Of a stretch of 64,000 nucleotides of DNA, positions 20,052-30,314 are shown piece by piece (the first letter of the stretch is position 1; every line of letters begins with the position of its first letter). Under the pieces are notes generated by a model. That model was not told the DNA's origin and did no database searches. It worked only from the letters and a program-made list of their open reading frames with translations. The DNA is taken from positions 32,001 through 96,000 of the forward strand of contig JAYTOU010000077.1 in NCBI GenBank assembly GCA_043747615.1, read 5' to 3'. The position numbers and the translations under genes were made by a program. The DNA is from Myxococcales bacterium. Lineage in GTDB: Bacteria; Myxococcota_A; Polyangia; Polyangiales; Polyangiaceae.

Positions 20052-21524
20052 CTAGGGCAACGCGGCGAGGGAGAGCCAGCGCCCTTCTGCGCTCGGCATG
20101 AACGCGCGGGCCCGCGGTCCGGCGACCACCACCTGGTCCTCGTGCCAGAGCGGAATCATCGCCAAGGTTCGCAGTGCTCGCGCCTCCAGCTTCGCGTAGG
20201 CCGCCTTCCTCACGTCGCGCTCCGTCGCGCGGTCGCCTTGGTCGAGGAGCGCGTCGATGTCCGGATCGTTCAAGCGCGATCGATTCGCGCCAGCGGGAGG
20301 TATAGATGTACTATGCATGAATACTCGAAATACATTTGGTTCCGTAATTTCAGGTAACTGGAGGATCGCGGCGTCGAAGTCACCGGCGTTGAGACGAGCG
20401 ATCATCGTCCCCAGCTCGAGGGGGATCACCTCGGCCGCGATTCCCACCTCGGCGAGCTCCTGGGCGATCACCCGCGCGATGGAGATGCGTGCGCGATCCG
20501 TCGACGTGAGGAGAGTCATGTGCGTGGCCTCCGTGACGCGGAGCCGCGCTGCACCCGGATCGAATGGGAGCTCCGCCTGTTCGGTGTGTGCCCAGTGGTT
20601 CGGCGGAAGGAGCGAGCGCGCCGGCTGCGCGTATCCCGCGAGGAGCGTCCGCGTGATCGTTGGCCGATCGATGGCGAGCGAGATCGCTTCCCTGAGGCGC
20701 ACGTCGGCGAGCGCTCCGCGATCGACGCGCGCGAGCAAGTACGTGAGATTCGCTCCACTCCGCGAGACGACGGTGAGGTCCGGTCGAGCTGCCAGCGCCG
20801 GTAGGAGCGTCGGAGAAAAAACATTTTGCGCGATGTCCGAACGCCCGGCGATGATGCGTAGCGCACGCGCGTTCTCGTCGTGCACGGTGCGAATCACGAT
20901 CGCTCGGCGCGGCAGCGGAAGAACGTCGCCCTTCGGAACGAGGCTTATTTCTCCGCGTGAAACGTGGTCCACCGCGTACGGCCCAAGCCCGTCGAGACGC
21001 CCTGCCGGGTCGGGCGGGCCTTCGGCTTCGCTCGCCCGCAGAATGGGAAGCTCGAGATCGGTGAGCAGGGTAGCGTGGGCTCGCTTCATGCGGATGATGA
21101 CGGCGTGCGGGCCGTCCTCAACGGCGCTCTCGATGGCCTCGATCACCCGCGCGTGCCTCGAGCCGACGCTCGCGGAAGCAAAGGCATGAAGCGTGGTCAC
21201 CACGTCGCGCGGGGTGAGCGGCGCGCCGGAGTGAAAGTGAACGTCCTCGCGGAGAGCAACGCGTAGGGTGCGCGCGTCCAGCCACGTCCACGACGACGCC
21301 AGGTACGGCACGGGCTCGAGCGAAGTCGGATCGAGCCTCACCAATCCGGCATGAACCAAGCGGGACGCGCGCAGCCCCACCGAGTCGACGACGTACCTCG
21401 GGTCGAGTGTCTCGGCGTCGCTGGTCACCAGGATCTCGATCGATCGCTCCCCTGAGTGCGCACCCGTCGAACGCGGGCCGTTGCACCCCGCGAGTGCGAA
21501 GATGAAAATCGCCCCTTTTTTCCA
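20052..21524 (-). CDS. ABC transporter substrate-binding lipoprotein (family 5, peptide/nickel); start codon unresolved
   Basis: Lipobox LAGC, TLDPR, PYLASSW, FHSGAPLT..DV, GLGPY, VRLREAISLAIDR. Confidence 0.9.
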   Translation of the reverse strand, partial: WKKGAIFIFALAGCNGPRSTGAHSGERSIEILVTSDAETLDPRYVVDSVGLRASRLVHAGLVRLDPTSLEPVPYLASSWTWLDARTLRVALREDVHFHSGAPLTPRDVVTTLHAFASASVGSRHARVIEAIESAVEDGPHAVIIRMKRAHATLLTDLELPILRASEAEGPPDPAGRLDGLGPYAVDHVSRGEISLVPKGDVLPLPRRAIVIRTVHDENARALRIIAGRSDIAQNVFSPTLLPALAARPDLTVVSRSGANLTYLLARVDRGALADVRLREAISLAIDRPTITRTLLAGYAQPARSLLPPNHWAHTEQAELPFDPGAARLRVTEATHMTLLTSTDRARISIARVIAQELAEVGIAAEVIPLELGTMIARLNAGDFDAAILQLPEITEPNVFRVFMHSTSIPPAGANRSRLNDPDIDALLDQGDRATERDVRKAAYAKLEARALRTLAMIPLWHEDQVVVAGPRARAFMPSAEGRWLSLAALP

Positions 21525-21551
21525 GGGGAAGAGAGCGCTATGGCTGCCGGG

Positions 21552-23033
21552 ATGAAGTGGCGCCCGGGTTTGATGTCTGCCCTCGTCGCGAGCACGGTAC
21601 TCGCTTCGCGCGTTGCCATTCCGCAAGACAAAGTGGATGCAGCGCCCGGCGCCTCGAACCAAGTGACCGATCGCGTGCCGGAGATCGAGGGTGCCGTTCA
21701 CGCGCTCGTCGACTCCGGCACGTTCAAGGAAGCGCAGATCGGCATCGCCGTTCTCGACGTCGACACCGGGCATTTTCTGGCTGCGTCCAACGAGCATCTA
21801 CCGCTCAACCCCGCTTCCAATGCCAAGGTGTACACCGCGGCCGCTGCTCTCGCGATGCTTCATGGCGACCATCGTTACGAGACGGCGCTTTTCGGCTCGG
21901 TGAAGGCGGGCGAGGTGACGGGCTCCCTCGTTCTGCGCGGGCATGGCGATCCCTCGCTGAGCACCGCCGATCTGTGGTCTATGGTGCAGGAGCTCAGGGC
22001 TCAAGGTGTGCGGCGAATCACCGGCGATTTGCTGGTGGATCAGCATCTCTTCGACGAGCAGACGACCCCGCCCGCCTTTGAGCAACAGCCCGCTGAGTGG
22101 GCCTGGTTCAGGGCGCCGATCAGCGCCGTCGCACTCAATGGAAACACGATCACCCTCGCGGTGCGCCCCGGCGCAGAAGGGTCCACCGCCCTCGCGTCGT
22201 TCGATCCACCGGGGTTCGTGGACATCGAAGGCTCCGTCGCCACCGCGGGTGAAGGCGCTGACTCGGTCGGTCTCGCGCTTTCTCCAAGCGGCAAACGCCT
22301 CTCGGCCAAGCTCTCTGGTTCGATCGGCGCCGACGCGAAGCTTGTAAGGTACACGCGTAGAGTGGACGACCCCACGCTCCTCGCCGGGTATGCGCTGCGG
22401 GCGCTCCTCGAGCAGGCGCAGATCAAGGTCAGCGGCGAGGTGAAGGTCGGCACCGCAAAATCAGGCCAGATCCTCGTACGTCACACGTCCGAGCCGCTCT
22501 CCGCGCTCCTCTTCGAGCTCGGAAAAGCGAGCAACAATTTCTACGCGGAGATGATCTTCAAGACCATCGGCGGCGAGATCAAAGCTCGCCCTGCGAAGAG
22601 CGCCGACGCAGCCGACCTGGTCTCGAAGTGGCTCGCCAAGGTGGGCGCCCAGGACAACGGAGTGATCATCAAGAACGGCTCGGGTCTCTACGACTCGAAT
22701 CGCGCGACCGCGTTCAGCATGGCCGAGCTCCTGCGCTTTGCCTGGCGCGATCCATCCATTCAACCCGAGTTCGTCGCCCAGCTTTCCATCGGCGGCGTCG
22801 ACGGCACGCTTCACAAGCGCTTTCGCAGCGAGCGAGTACGACGCGCCGTCCGCGCCAAAACTGGAACGCTGGACGACGCGATCGCATTGTCGGGCTACGT
22901 GCTCGGACCGCCGGGAAAAGGCCCGATTGCCTTCTCCATCTTGATGAATCACGTCTCCGGCAAAGCGAGCGCCGCCCGCATCGCTGCCGACAACCTGGTC
23001 GAGCGCATCGCCAAAAATCGTTGGGGTGAGTGA
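21552..23033 (+). CDS. dacB: D-alanyl-D-alanine carboxypeptidase/endopeptidase (PBP4, peptidase S13)
   Basis: PASNAK (SxxK), GHGDPSL, SNN (SxN), NGSGL, AKTGTL. Confidence 0.95.
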   Translation: MKWRPGLMSALVASTVLASRVAIPQDKVDAAPGASNQVTDRVPEIEGAVHALVDSGTFKEAQIGIAVLDVDTGHFLAASNEHLPLNPASNAKVYTAAAALAMLHGDHRYETALFGSVKAGEVTGSLVLRGHGDPSLSTADLWSMVQELRAQGVRRITGDLLVDQHLFDEQTTPPAFEQQPAEWAWFRAPISAVALNGNTITLAVRPGAEGSTALASFDPPGFVDIEGSVATAGEGADSVGLALSPSGKRLSAKLSGSIGADAKLVRYTRRVDDPTLLAGYALRALLEQAQIKVSGEVKVGTAKSGQILVRHTSEPLSALLFELGKASNNFYAEMIFKTIGGEIKARPAKSADAADLVSKWLAKVGAQDNGVIIKNGSGLYDSNRATAFSMAELLRFAWRDPSIQPEFVAQLSIGGVDGTLHKRFRSERVRRAVRAKTGTLDDAIALSGYVLGPPGKGPIAFSILMNHVSGKASAARIAADNLVERIAKNRWGE

Positions 23034-23035
23034 AG

Positions 23036-24622
23036 CTACTCCCGCATGTGTTTGCGGATTTTGCCCAGCGCTTGCTCTTGCAGCTGGCGGATTCGTTCCC
23101 GCGACAGGTTGTACTTGTCGCCGATTTCTTTCAGCGTGAGCTCGTCTTCGTCATCGAGGCCGAAGCGCCAGCGGATGATGCGTGACTCGATCGGTGTGAG
23201 CGTGCCGAGGAGCCTGCGCACCTCTTCGCCCCATTTCTGCGAGACGAGGCTCTCGTAGGGAGAGAGCATGTTTTCGTCTTGAAGGAAGTCGATGAACTTT
23301 CTTCCATCTTCGTCGCCCACGGGGCGATCGAGGGAAAACGGGGTCTCGGCCCAAGAGCCTTTGACCTTGTCCAGCTTCTCTTGGGGAATGCCCGTTTCCT
23401 TCTCGAGCTCCGCCAATGTCGGATCCCGGCCCGTACGCGCGATCACGGCCTGCGTGGCGCGCGCTACGCGGTTGTGCGTATCGAGCATGTGCACTGGAAT
23501 GCGCACTGCGCGACCTTTGTCGGCGAGGGCGCGGCTGATTGCATGACGAATCCACCACGACGCGTACGTCGAGAAGCGGTAGCCGCGCGTGTGATCGAAG
23601 CGCTCGACCGCCTTCATGAGGCCGATGTTTCCCTCTTGAATGAGATCGATCAGTGGGAGACGGCCACGGTTGTAGCGACGCGCGATCGAGACGACGAGGC
23701 GCAGATTCGCTTTCACGAACTTGTTCTTCACGAGCTTCGAGTGCGCGAGGGTCTGCGTCAGCTTGCTCGTGAACTTGCGGTACATCGCCGTTGGCGCGAT
23801 CTGCGCAACTTTCGGTGCCTTCGCCTTTGCGGGGACCTTCGGTTTTGGAGCGGGCTCAGGTGCACCTTCGATCGCATCAACCTGAATAAGCTCGATTTCT
23901 GAGTCGGGGACGGACATGTCGTCGTCGTCGTTGGGCTCCGGCTCGGCGCCGAGAGCACGGACGGTTTCTTCCGCGTGAGCGACCCACAGGCGATCACTGT
24001 CGGCGAGACGAATGGCTCGACCGAGCGACGTCGTGAACGTAGTCCACTTCTTTTCCTGCTCCTTGGTGAGCTTGTTACGCTGCTTTTTTGCGGTCTTCAG
24101 CAGCTTCCGCAGCTCGGCAATCTGAGGCAGGTCGATCTTCTCTTCCTCGGCGGTCGGCAGATCTCGCTCGAGCGAATCAAGCGCGTAATCGGCCGCAGGC
24201 AGGTAGTTGAAAATCGCGACCCAATGATCGACCTCGGCCTTCTCCACTTCGGTCGCCGTCTTGAGCTCTTCTTCTTGACCCATCACGTGATGGATCGCCA
24301 TCTCGCGGAAGTAGCGCGCGAGCATCGTATCGCCGCCGCCCTCTTCGAACTTGTGGGGCGCCGCGGGCTTCACCGGCTCGACGGCATCAACCTCGGCGAC
24401 CGCGGGCTCGCTCGCTTCGAACTCGTCGTCGACGATCTCGAGATCCGGAGCGGTTGCCGCCTTGGCCGACGGGGGCGCTTCCTCGTCGTCTCCCGCGTAG
24501 CCGGGCGGCGGAATGCTATGAGCGGCCGCCTCTTTAACCGAGGGCCCTGACGCACGTTCGGTGCGGGACTGCTGGGTTGCCGGCATTCGTCTCAATGCGC
24601 CGGCGCGGCTGGTCTTGCTCAT
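23036..24622 (-). CDS. RNA polymerase sigma-70 factor, RpoD/SigA-like group 2; may extend to ATG 25078
   Basis: Region 1.2 'LARYFREM', region 2 [13 protein letters not shown]...[18 protein letters not shown]...[10 protein letters not shown], region 4 TLKEIG...SRERIRQ. Confidence 0.95.
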   Translation of the reverse strand: MSKTSRAGALRRMPATQQSRTERASGPSVKEAAAHSIPPPGYAGDDEEAPPSAKAATAPDLEIVDDEFEASEPAVAEVDAVEPVKPAAPHKFEEGGGDTMLARYFREMAIHHVMGQEEELKTATEVEKAEVDHWVAIFNYLPAADYALDSLERDLPTAEEEKIDLPQIAELRKLLKTAKKQRNKLTKEQEKKWTTFTTSLGRAIRLADSDRLWVAHAEETVRALGAEPEPNDDDDMSVPDSEIELIQVDAIEGAPEPAPKPKVPAKAKAPKVAQIAPTAMYRKFTSKLTQTLAHSKLVKNKFVKANLRLVVSIARRYNRGRLPLIDLIQEGNIGLMKAVERFDHTRGYRFSTYASWWIRHAISRALADKGRAVRIPVHMLDTHNRVARATQAVIARTGRDPTLAELEKETGIPQEKLDKVKGSWAETPFSLDRPVGDEDGRKFIDFLQDENMLSPYESLVSQKWGEEVRRLLGTLTPIESRIIRWRFGLDDEDELTLKEIGDKYNLSRERIRQLQEQALGKIRKHMRE

Positions 24623-25262
24623 TGTGGTTTCTTTCACCCGAGGAGAGGAAGCTTCGGGACCGGGGGAACTGCGGTGCAACTTCTGTAAGGGACGAGAATC
24701 TTTCACCTGCGTTTGGCCGTGCGAGCTTCCTAGTGACCGCGCCGGTAGACGTCCTGGCGAGACCGAGGCCCGCGCTCGCTTGACGGCTGAATCGCGAAAA
24801 GATGCGTCTGCTTTGACAAGCTCTCTTCCGGGCGTCAGAACCTGTGGTGTCGACTTCGAAGACCGGCGCTTAGCGTTCGATGACGCGGCGACTGGCTTGC
24901 GTTGAGCTGCAATTTTTATACCTCGGGCCTCTTGTTTTTTCACGTCTGCCTTAGGTCGCTTGAGCCGCCTCTCCTCGAGGTTGGCGCGAGCGGATCCCCT
25001 TGGCCCTCCGATGCCGGTCCTTCCCGTTGGATTCTGCTGGAGTTGCTGAATTTTGGCCGCTTGGGGTCCTTTTTTCATCGTCGCTTTCGAGTCAGGTTAT
25101 GTAACGCGCTCCCTCCCCGTACCTTCCGCTTCCGGTGCGATTGACTAACCTTAAGTCGAGGATCTCGTTCTGTCTGCGGTAGGGCCGAATACGAAAGAAA
25201 CGAGCCTCACCTCGTTCTACGCGCGAGCCCTCTCTGGGATTCATGGCGCGTGGAAGTGGGGC

Positions 25263-26903
25263 GTGGTTTTCCTCCTCGCATCTGTCATGCACGCGCTCGG
25301 CCATGCTGGATTGGCGTTCGCCGCTGGAGCATTCGCACAAGCCGTTTCTGGGGGCGCGATCCCGGTGCGCCAAGGATCCGGAACCTTGGCCACTGTCGTT
25401 CCAGGTGTGAGTGACCCGCTTTTCCTCGCGTTCCTGGCGTTAGGGGCAATTTTATTAAAGGTCAGCGGTGGCATCATCGCCTCTTACGTGCAAGCGCAGA
25501 TGGCCGGTGACGTCGGGAGTTTGCTTCGCGGGGAGCTCCTCGACGCGTGGCTCGCCGTGCATCGCATACGCCGATCGCGACAAACGGATCATGCCGGCGC
25601 AATGGGGTCCATGGCGGCGACCGTGGGAGAGCAGGCGCGCGGCGTTGCGGCGTTGACCGCGCGCGTGCGTGACGTCGAAGCAGGGCTCGAGGCGGGCGTT
25701 CTGGGAGGCGCGCGCGCGGTGGGACAGATTGTACCCCTCGCGATTTTGCTCGTCGTGATCGCGCCGAAGCTCGCCGCGGCGGCTCTTGCAGTGTTCCTGC
25801 CATTTTCGGTGGCCCTCGGCGCGATGCGAAAGCGCTGGAAGCGCGTCAATGCCGAGGCGACCGCTCATGGCGATGCGCTCCTCGATGCCGCCGACGACGC
25901 GATCCGAAACGCCGAGCTGTGGACGACCTATGGTGCGGAGGCGAAGGTCCGCGCTCACGTGGCGGATCTAGGAAAGTCCATCACCCGGCAGTCTGCGCGG
26001 GTCGAGGCTAGCGCCGCGGCGCTGACGGGAGCGAACGAAGTGCTCGGCGCCGTCGCGCTCGTCCTCGCCATCGCCGCCGCGCGCGCGGGCTGGCTTGGCG
26101 CCGATGCCGAGGGCGGTTCCCTTCTCGCGTTCGCCGTTGCATTTTTTCTCGCTTACAAGCCGATTCGCGAGCTCACCGACGCGCGCCTTGCGTGGATTCG
26201 GGCGAGCGTCGCGTTCGATGGGATTCGTGAAATCCTGGCGACTCGTCCCAGGGGTGCGGATCAGCCGAACGCGCAGACAGAATGGGCGCTCGCGGCGCTG
26301 GAGATCGAGGGCCTACGCCTCGGTCGCGGAGGGCTCGTGCCCCTGACGCTTTCTGTAAAAGCAGGTGAAATCGTGGCTCTTTCGGGCCCAACCGGCGTCG
26401 GCAAGACGACCCTGATTCGCACGCTCCTCGGCCTCGAAGCTCCGACGGCCGGTGAAATTCGTTACGACGGCAAGGTGCTCGGAGCAGCGCCGCCTGGCCC
26501 AAACGCGCGCCCCTTCGCGTGGGTCCCGCAAGATGCTCCCTTGCTCGGTGACACGCTCGAAGCGAACATTCTCCTCGGCGCCTCGACAGCGAAGATCGAT
26601 GACGTCCTCGGCTCTCTCGGGGCCGCGCATCTCGTCGAAGATCTCGGAGTCGCGCGGCTTGGTGCGGGCGCGCGCGCGGTGTCCGGGGGGGAGCGGCAGT
26701 GGATCGTCCTGGCGCGGGCCATTGCCACGCGTCTTCCCGTGCTTCTCCTCGACGAGCCGACGAGCGGCCTCGACGCGGCATCGCAGAAACGCGTTCTCGA
26801 TGCGATCGCCGGGCTTCGCGGAAAACGCACCGTGCTCCTCGTGACCCATCGGCCGGAGCCACTGGCCATCGCCGATTCCGTGGTGACGTTCACGCCGTCG
26901 TGA
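25263..26903 (+). CDS. ABC transporter fused permease/ATP-binding protein
   Basis: TM domain, Walker A GPTGVGKT, SGGERQ, LLLDEPTSGLD, VTH. The frame is open back to 25155. Confidence 0.9.
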   Translation: MVFLLASVMHALGHAGLAFAAGAFAQAVSGGAIPVRQGSGTLATVVPGVSDPLFLAFLALGAILLKVSGGIIASYVQAQMAGDVGSLLRGELLDAWLAVHRIRRSRQTDHAGAMGSMAATVGEQARGVAALTARVRDVEAGLEAGVLGGARAVGQIVPLAILLVVIAPKLAAAALAVFLPFSVALGAMRKRWKRVNAEATAHGDALLDAADDAIRNAELWTTYGAEAKVRAHVADLGKSITRQSARVEASAAALTGANEVLGAVALVLAIAAARAGWLGADAEGGSLLAFAVAFFLAYKPIRELTDARLAWIRASVAFDGIREILATRPRGADQPNAQTEWALAALEIEGLRLGRGGLVPLTLSVKAGEIVALSGPTGVGKTTLIRTLLGLEAPTAGEIRYDGKVLGAAPPGPNARPFAWVPQDAPLLGDTLEANILLGASTAKIDDVLGSLGAAHLVEDLGVARLGAGARAVSGGERQWIVLARAIATRLPVLLLDEPTSGLDAASQKRVLDAIAGLRGKRTVLLVTHRPEPLAIADSVVTFTPS

Positions 26904-27840
26904 GCACGCGAAGGCGGGGGCCGGGGGTGACTTCGACGGAGCGGGCGCGAAGCATCTCGCCGTCGAGCACATACGCGCTCTTGTCGCCCGTGAAGGTGAC
27001 GCGAAAGGACCGAGCGAGCGCGTCCACGTGATCGCGCCCGAGGAGCCTCTTGCCCGCGAGAACGAGAGGCATCTGGGGCCCAAGCCGCGCGGCGCCGAGC
27101 GGGCTCGCCACGCAGTGAACGCGCGAAGGGTCGTCTCCGGCGCGGTAGAGGACGCGCATCGAGAGTCCAAAATCTTTGACCACGCTCGCGGCGACCAAGC
27201 TGAAGGCGCGCGCGCGCTCGAGCCCGCCGTCGACTTCGATGGTGCACGGCGTGGGGGTGAGGACCCGGGCGGCGAGAGCACTCCCCACGAACGAGCCTAC
27301 GAATATGCGGCTGACGATCCGCGCCGCTCCCAAGTATCCCTGGTGCGGCGAGCCGTAGTACTCATCGAAAAAATTGGCGACGAGCCCGGTTCCGAACATG
27401 AAGCCGACACGATCCCCCTGCTCGACGTCACGCACGCGGAGGGTGGGCCGCTCGGTCTCGATCGTGGTGCCAGCTTGTACCGCAGCGAGCAGTCGGCGGG
27501 TGTACCCGACGAGCGAGCCGCGAAGCCCCCAGTTGCGAGCCACGGTGGAGACCGTGCCGCCAGGCGCAAAGGCGACCCTCGGCAGGCGACCGCCGAACGC
27601 GCGCGCGAGGGACGTGATCCCCGCCATGTACGATCCGTCTCCGCCCGCGAGCACCACCGCGTCCGTTCCGCGCTGGGCGATAGCGTTCACCACTCTGTCG
27701 AGATCCGCGAGCGAGCTGGTCTCGTGCAGCACCGTTCCGCTCTTGCCGGCCGCCTCCGTCGCACCGACGATCGCTGCGTAGAGGGCGGTCTCTCCTTGCA
27801 GGTGCCGCGCGCGGCGATTCACGATGACATCGACGGTCAA
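26890..27840 (-). CDS. Diacylglycerol/lipid kinase family protein
   Basis: VIVN, GGDGS, PGGT, LDGE motifs. Confidence 0.88.
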   Translation of the reverse strand: MTVDVIVNRRARHLQGETALYAAIVGATEAAGKSGTVLHETSSLADLDRVVNAIAQRGTDAVVLAGGDGSYMAGITSLARAFGGRLPRVAFAPGGTVSTVARNWGLRGSLVGYTRRLLAAVQAGTTIETERPTLRVRDVEQGDRVGFMFGTGLVANFFDEYYGSPHQGYLGAARIVSRIFVGSFVGSALAARVLTPTPCTIEVDGGLERARAFSLVAASVVKDFGLSMRVLYRAGDDPSRVHCVASPLGAARLGPQMPLVLAGKRLLGRDHVDALARSFRVTFTGDKSAYVLDGEMLRARSVEVTPGPRLRVLTTA

Positions 27841-27889
27841 GGGAGGCGCGAACTAGCATGGCAGCCAAAAACAAGCTACCTCGAGGGCC

Positions 27890-29185
27890 ATGAGACGAAT
27901 TCTCGCGAGCGCTCTTTTGCTCTCCTGGCACCTGCTGCCGGGCTGCGCTGCCTCGCCAGGGATGGTCCGCGCGGCAGAGGACGGCGACAGCAAGACGCTG
28001 CGCACGGAGATCGAAGCGCGCCATAAAGTCGGAAGTCTCACGAACGGCGAAGCGGCGAAGGTGGCCCACGCGGTGGCCAACCGGGAGATCAAGACGGCGC
28101 GCGGTGAAGACGCGGCCAAGCGGGTACGCGAAGTGAGGGGCTGCGCCGTGGAGCTGGACGACGCGCTTGCCGATCGCATGAAGACGCACGATGAGGCGGG
28201 CGCCGAAGCCGCCATGGCTCGACTCGATCTCGGGAGGCTCGATGCTGCCGACGTTCGACCGTACGTGGCGGACAAGAACGACGTGTGGCGAGCGGTCGGC
28301 GTGCGCGGGCTTGCGCGCGAGGAAGATCATCCGGCGCGCGTTCGGGCGATGAGCGATCCCAGCCCGCGCGTGCGGCGTTCGGCGATACGTGTCGCGACTT
28401 CGGCCCGTGACGCATCGGAGATCGAGCCTCTCGCCGAGGCCGCGCGGGTGGATCCGGAGCCCATGGTGCGGAGCGACGCGGTGCGCGCGCTGGGGGCACG
28501 CGGTGGAGAGAGAGTGGCCTCGATCCTCCGTGATTTGTGGGCGAACGCCGATGACGGGGTTCGCGAAGACATCGCCATCGCCTGGGCGGTGCCCGACACG
28601 TTTGCGCATGGTGGGCGGGAATCGCTGCGCGTGCTCATCGCGTCGAAGACCGGTCCTGGGGCGATCTCCGGAGCAGCTGCCGTCGCGAGATCAGCGGCGA
28701 GCGACCGCGAGCTCCGCGATTTGGCGGTCGGGCTCCTCGTCCGCAGCATCGCCAGCGCCCCGCGTCGGGATCGGCTCCACGCTATCGCGGCCGCATCGCT
28801 CGGGGATGCCGAGGTCGTGAGCGCGATGCGAAAAGCAGCCCACGAGGACGACGTGGAGACGAAGGTGTCGGCATGCGCACGCCTCCTCGAGAGCGCGCCC
28901 GACCATGCCGAGGCGGTGCAAAGCCTGGAAACCATTGCCGGCCAGAACTACGGCGTCCTCTCGGGCCGCGCTCGCTTTGCCCTCGCCAGCGCCGGCGACC
29001 TGCGAATTCAAGCGTGGATCGAGGCCGATCTCCTCGCGTCAGACCCCAACACGCGTCTGTCTGCCGTGGGATCTCTTGCGGCCCTCGGGCGTTCGGCGCG
29101 GGGCGCGCTCCTCCTCGCGGACCCCGATCCAAGCGTCCGCGCGACCGCCGCCTGCACCCTTCTATCGTCCACGCGCACCAGGTAG
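27890..29185 (+). CDS. HEAT-repeat lipoprotein
   Basis: Lipobox LPGC. Repeats such as DPSPRVRRSAI, DPEPMVRSDAVRALG, DPDPSVRATAA. Confidence 0.85.
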   Translation: MRRILASALLLSWHLLPGCAASPGMVRAAEDGDSKTLRTEIEARHKVGSLTNGEAAKVAHAVANREIKTARGEDAAKRVREVRGCAVELDDALADRMKTHDEAGAEAAMARLDLGRLDAADVRPYVADKNDVWRAVGVRGLAREEDHPARVRAMSDPSPRVRRSAIRVATSARDASEIEPLAEAARVDPEPMVRSDAVRALGARGGERVASILRDLWANADDGVREDIAIAWAVPDTFAHGGRESLRVLIASKTGPGAISGAAAVARSAASDRELRDLAVGLLVRSIASAPRRDRLHAIAAASLGDAEVVSAMRKAAHEDDVETKVSACARLLESAPDHAEAVQSLETIAGQNYGVLSGRARFALASAGDLRIQAWIEADLLASDPNTRLSAVGSLAALGRSARGALLLADPDPSVRATAACTLLSSTRTR

Positions 29186-29194
29186 CCGAACGCA

Positions 29195-29224
29195 TTGACA
29201 CGCCGCTTTCTCGCCTCGTACAAC
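29195..29224 (+). promoter_or_regulatory. Sigma70-type promoter for the TRAP operon
   Basis: TTGACA (29195-29200), 18 nt, TACAAC (29219-29224), 10 nt before ATG 29235. Confidence 0.55.
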
Positions 29225-29234
29225 CGCGGGTAGC

Positions 29235-30176
29235 ATGCCTAAAGCTATCTTCACGCTTGCGCTAGCCGTCGCCGTCGCGCTCCAGACCGGCTGTATCAAG
29301 TCGATGCTCACCAACGGGCAGATCAGCGCGACCCGCGAAGCCGCGGGATCATTCGAGACGATCGGCGACTACGAGCTCGCCAAGTCCGCGGCGATGGCCG
29401 GCATGGTGCAGTTCGAGGGCATGCACAAGCTCGCGCCCGACAACGACGACGCGCTCTTCATGTTGATGCAAGGGTGGACGGGCTACGGCTATGCGTTCGC
29501 CGAAGACGACCGCGAAGCAGCGATGGAAGCAGGCGACGACGATCTGGCGGAGTACCACCGCAAGCGCGCGCGAATGGCCTACGACAGGGCCATTTTTTAC
29601 GGCGTCGAGCTCCTCACGCATCACGACAAAGGGTGGAATGAGGCTCGCCGCAACGACGGTCTCTTCAAGGCCTGGCTCAAAGAAAACTTTGACGACAAAG
29701 AGGACGCGCCGCTGCTCCTCTGGATGGGAAATGCCTGGCTCGCGCGCGTTCAGCTCAATGCGGACGAACCTGCGCTCGTGGCGGAGCTCTTCATCGGCAT
29801 CGCGTTTCTCGAGCAGAGTCTCCGTCTCGATCCCACCGCGCAGCACTACTCGGCGATGACGAACCTCGGCGCGTACCATTCGCGCACGGTCGAAGCGGAG
29901 CCCGAGCTCGCAAAGCAGATGTACGAGACGGCCCTCGCCAAGACGGATCGCAAATCGCTCATCGTGCAGGTGTCGTATGCCAAGGGATACGCCTGCGTCC
30001 GTGCCGAGCGCCCCCTCTACGAGAAGCTCCTCAACGAGGTGCTCGCCGCGGACGACCCTGACCCCGCCCAGCGTCTCACGAACGCCGTCGCCAAGCGCCG
30101 GGCGAAACGGTACCTCGGCAAAAAGACGATGATGGACTGCGGCTTCGACATGTCGATCCCCGCACCGAAAAAGTGA
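29235..30176 (+). CDS. tatT: TRAP transporter TatT (T-component) lipoprotein
   Basis: Lipobox QTGC, helical TPR-like body, C-terminal 'L..VLAA...RLTNAVAKRRA'. Directly upstream of dctP. Confidence 0.85.
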   Translation: MPKAIFTLALAVAVALQTGCIKSMLTNGQISATREAAGSFETIGDYELAKSAAMAGMVQFEGMHKLAPDNDDALFMLMQGWTGYGYAFAEDDREAAMEAGDDDLAEYHRKRARMAYDRAIFYGVELLTHHDKGWNEARRNDGLFKAWLKENFDDKEDAPLLLWMGNAWLARVQLNADEPALVAELFIGIAFLEQSLRLDPTAQHYSAMTNLGAYHSRTVEAEPELAKQMYETALAKTDRKSLIVQVSYAKGYACVRAERPLYEKLLNEVLAADDPDPAQRLTNAVAKRRAKRYLGKKTMMDCGFDMSIPAPKK

Positions 30177-30314
30177 ATCTTCGGGGCGCACTCCCCGTCG
30201 AACGGGGTGCACTCTTCCGTCCAAGCTGCGGCGACGCGCATGTTCCCGAGACCTACTTACGGTGACTCTTACTGCAAGTCGGTTCAGTAGTCTGTTCTCA
30301 AGGAGGTAAGTCGA

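Noticed and set aside
25081..25107. Second TTATGTAAC resembling a XerD arm
   Set aside because: No matching XerC arm at 6-bp spacing. It lies in the divergent promoter region of the sigma gene.
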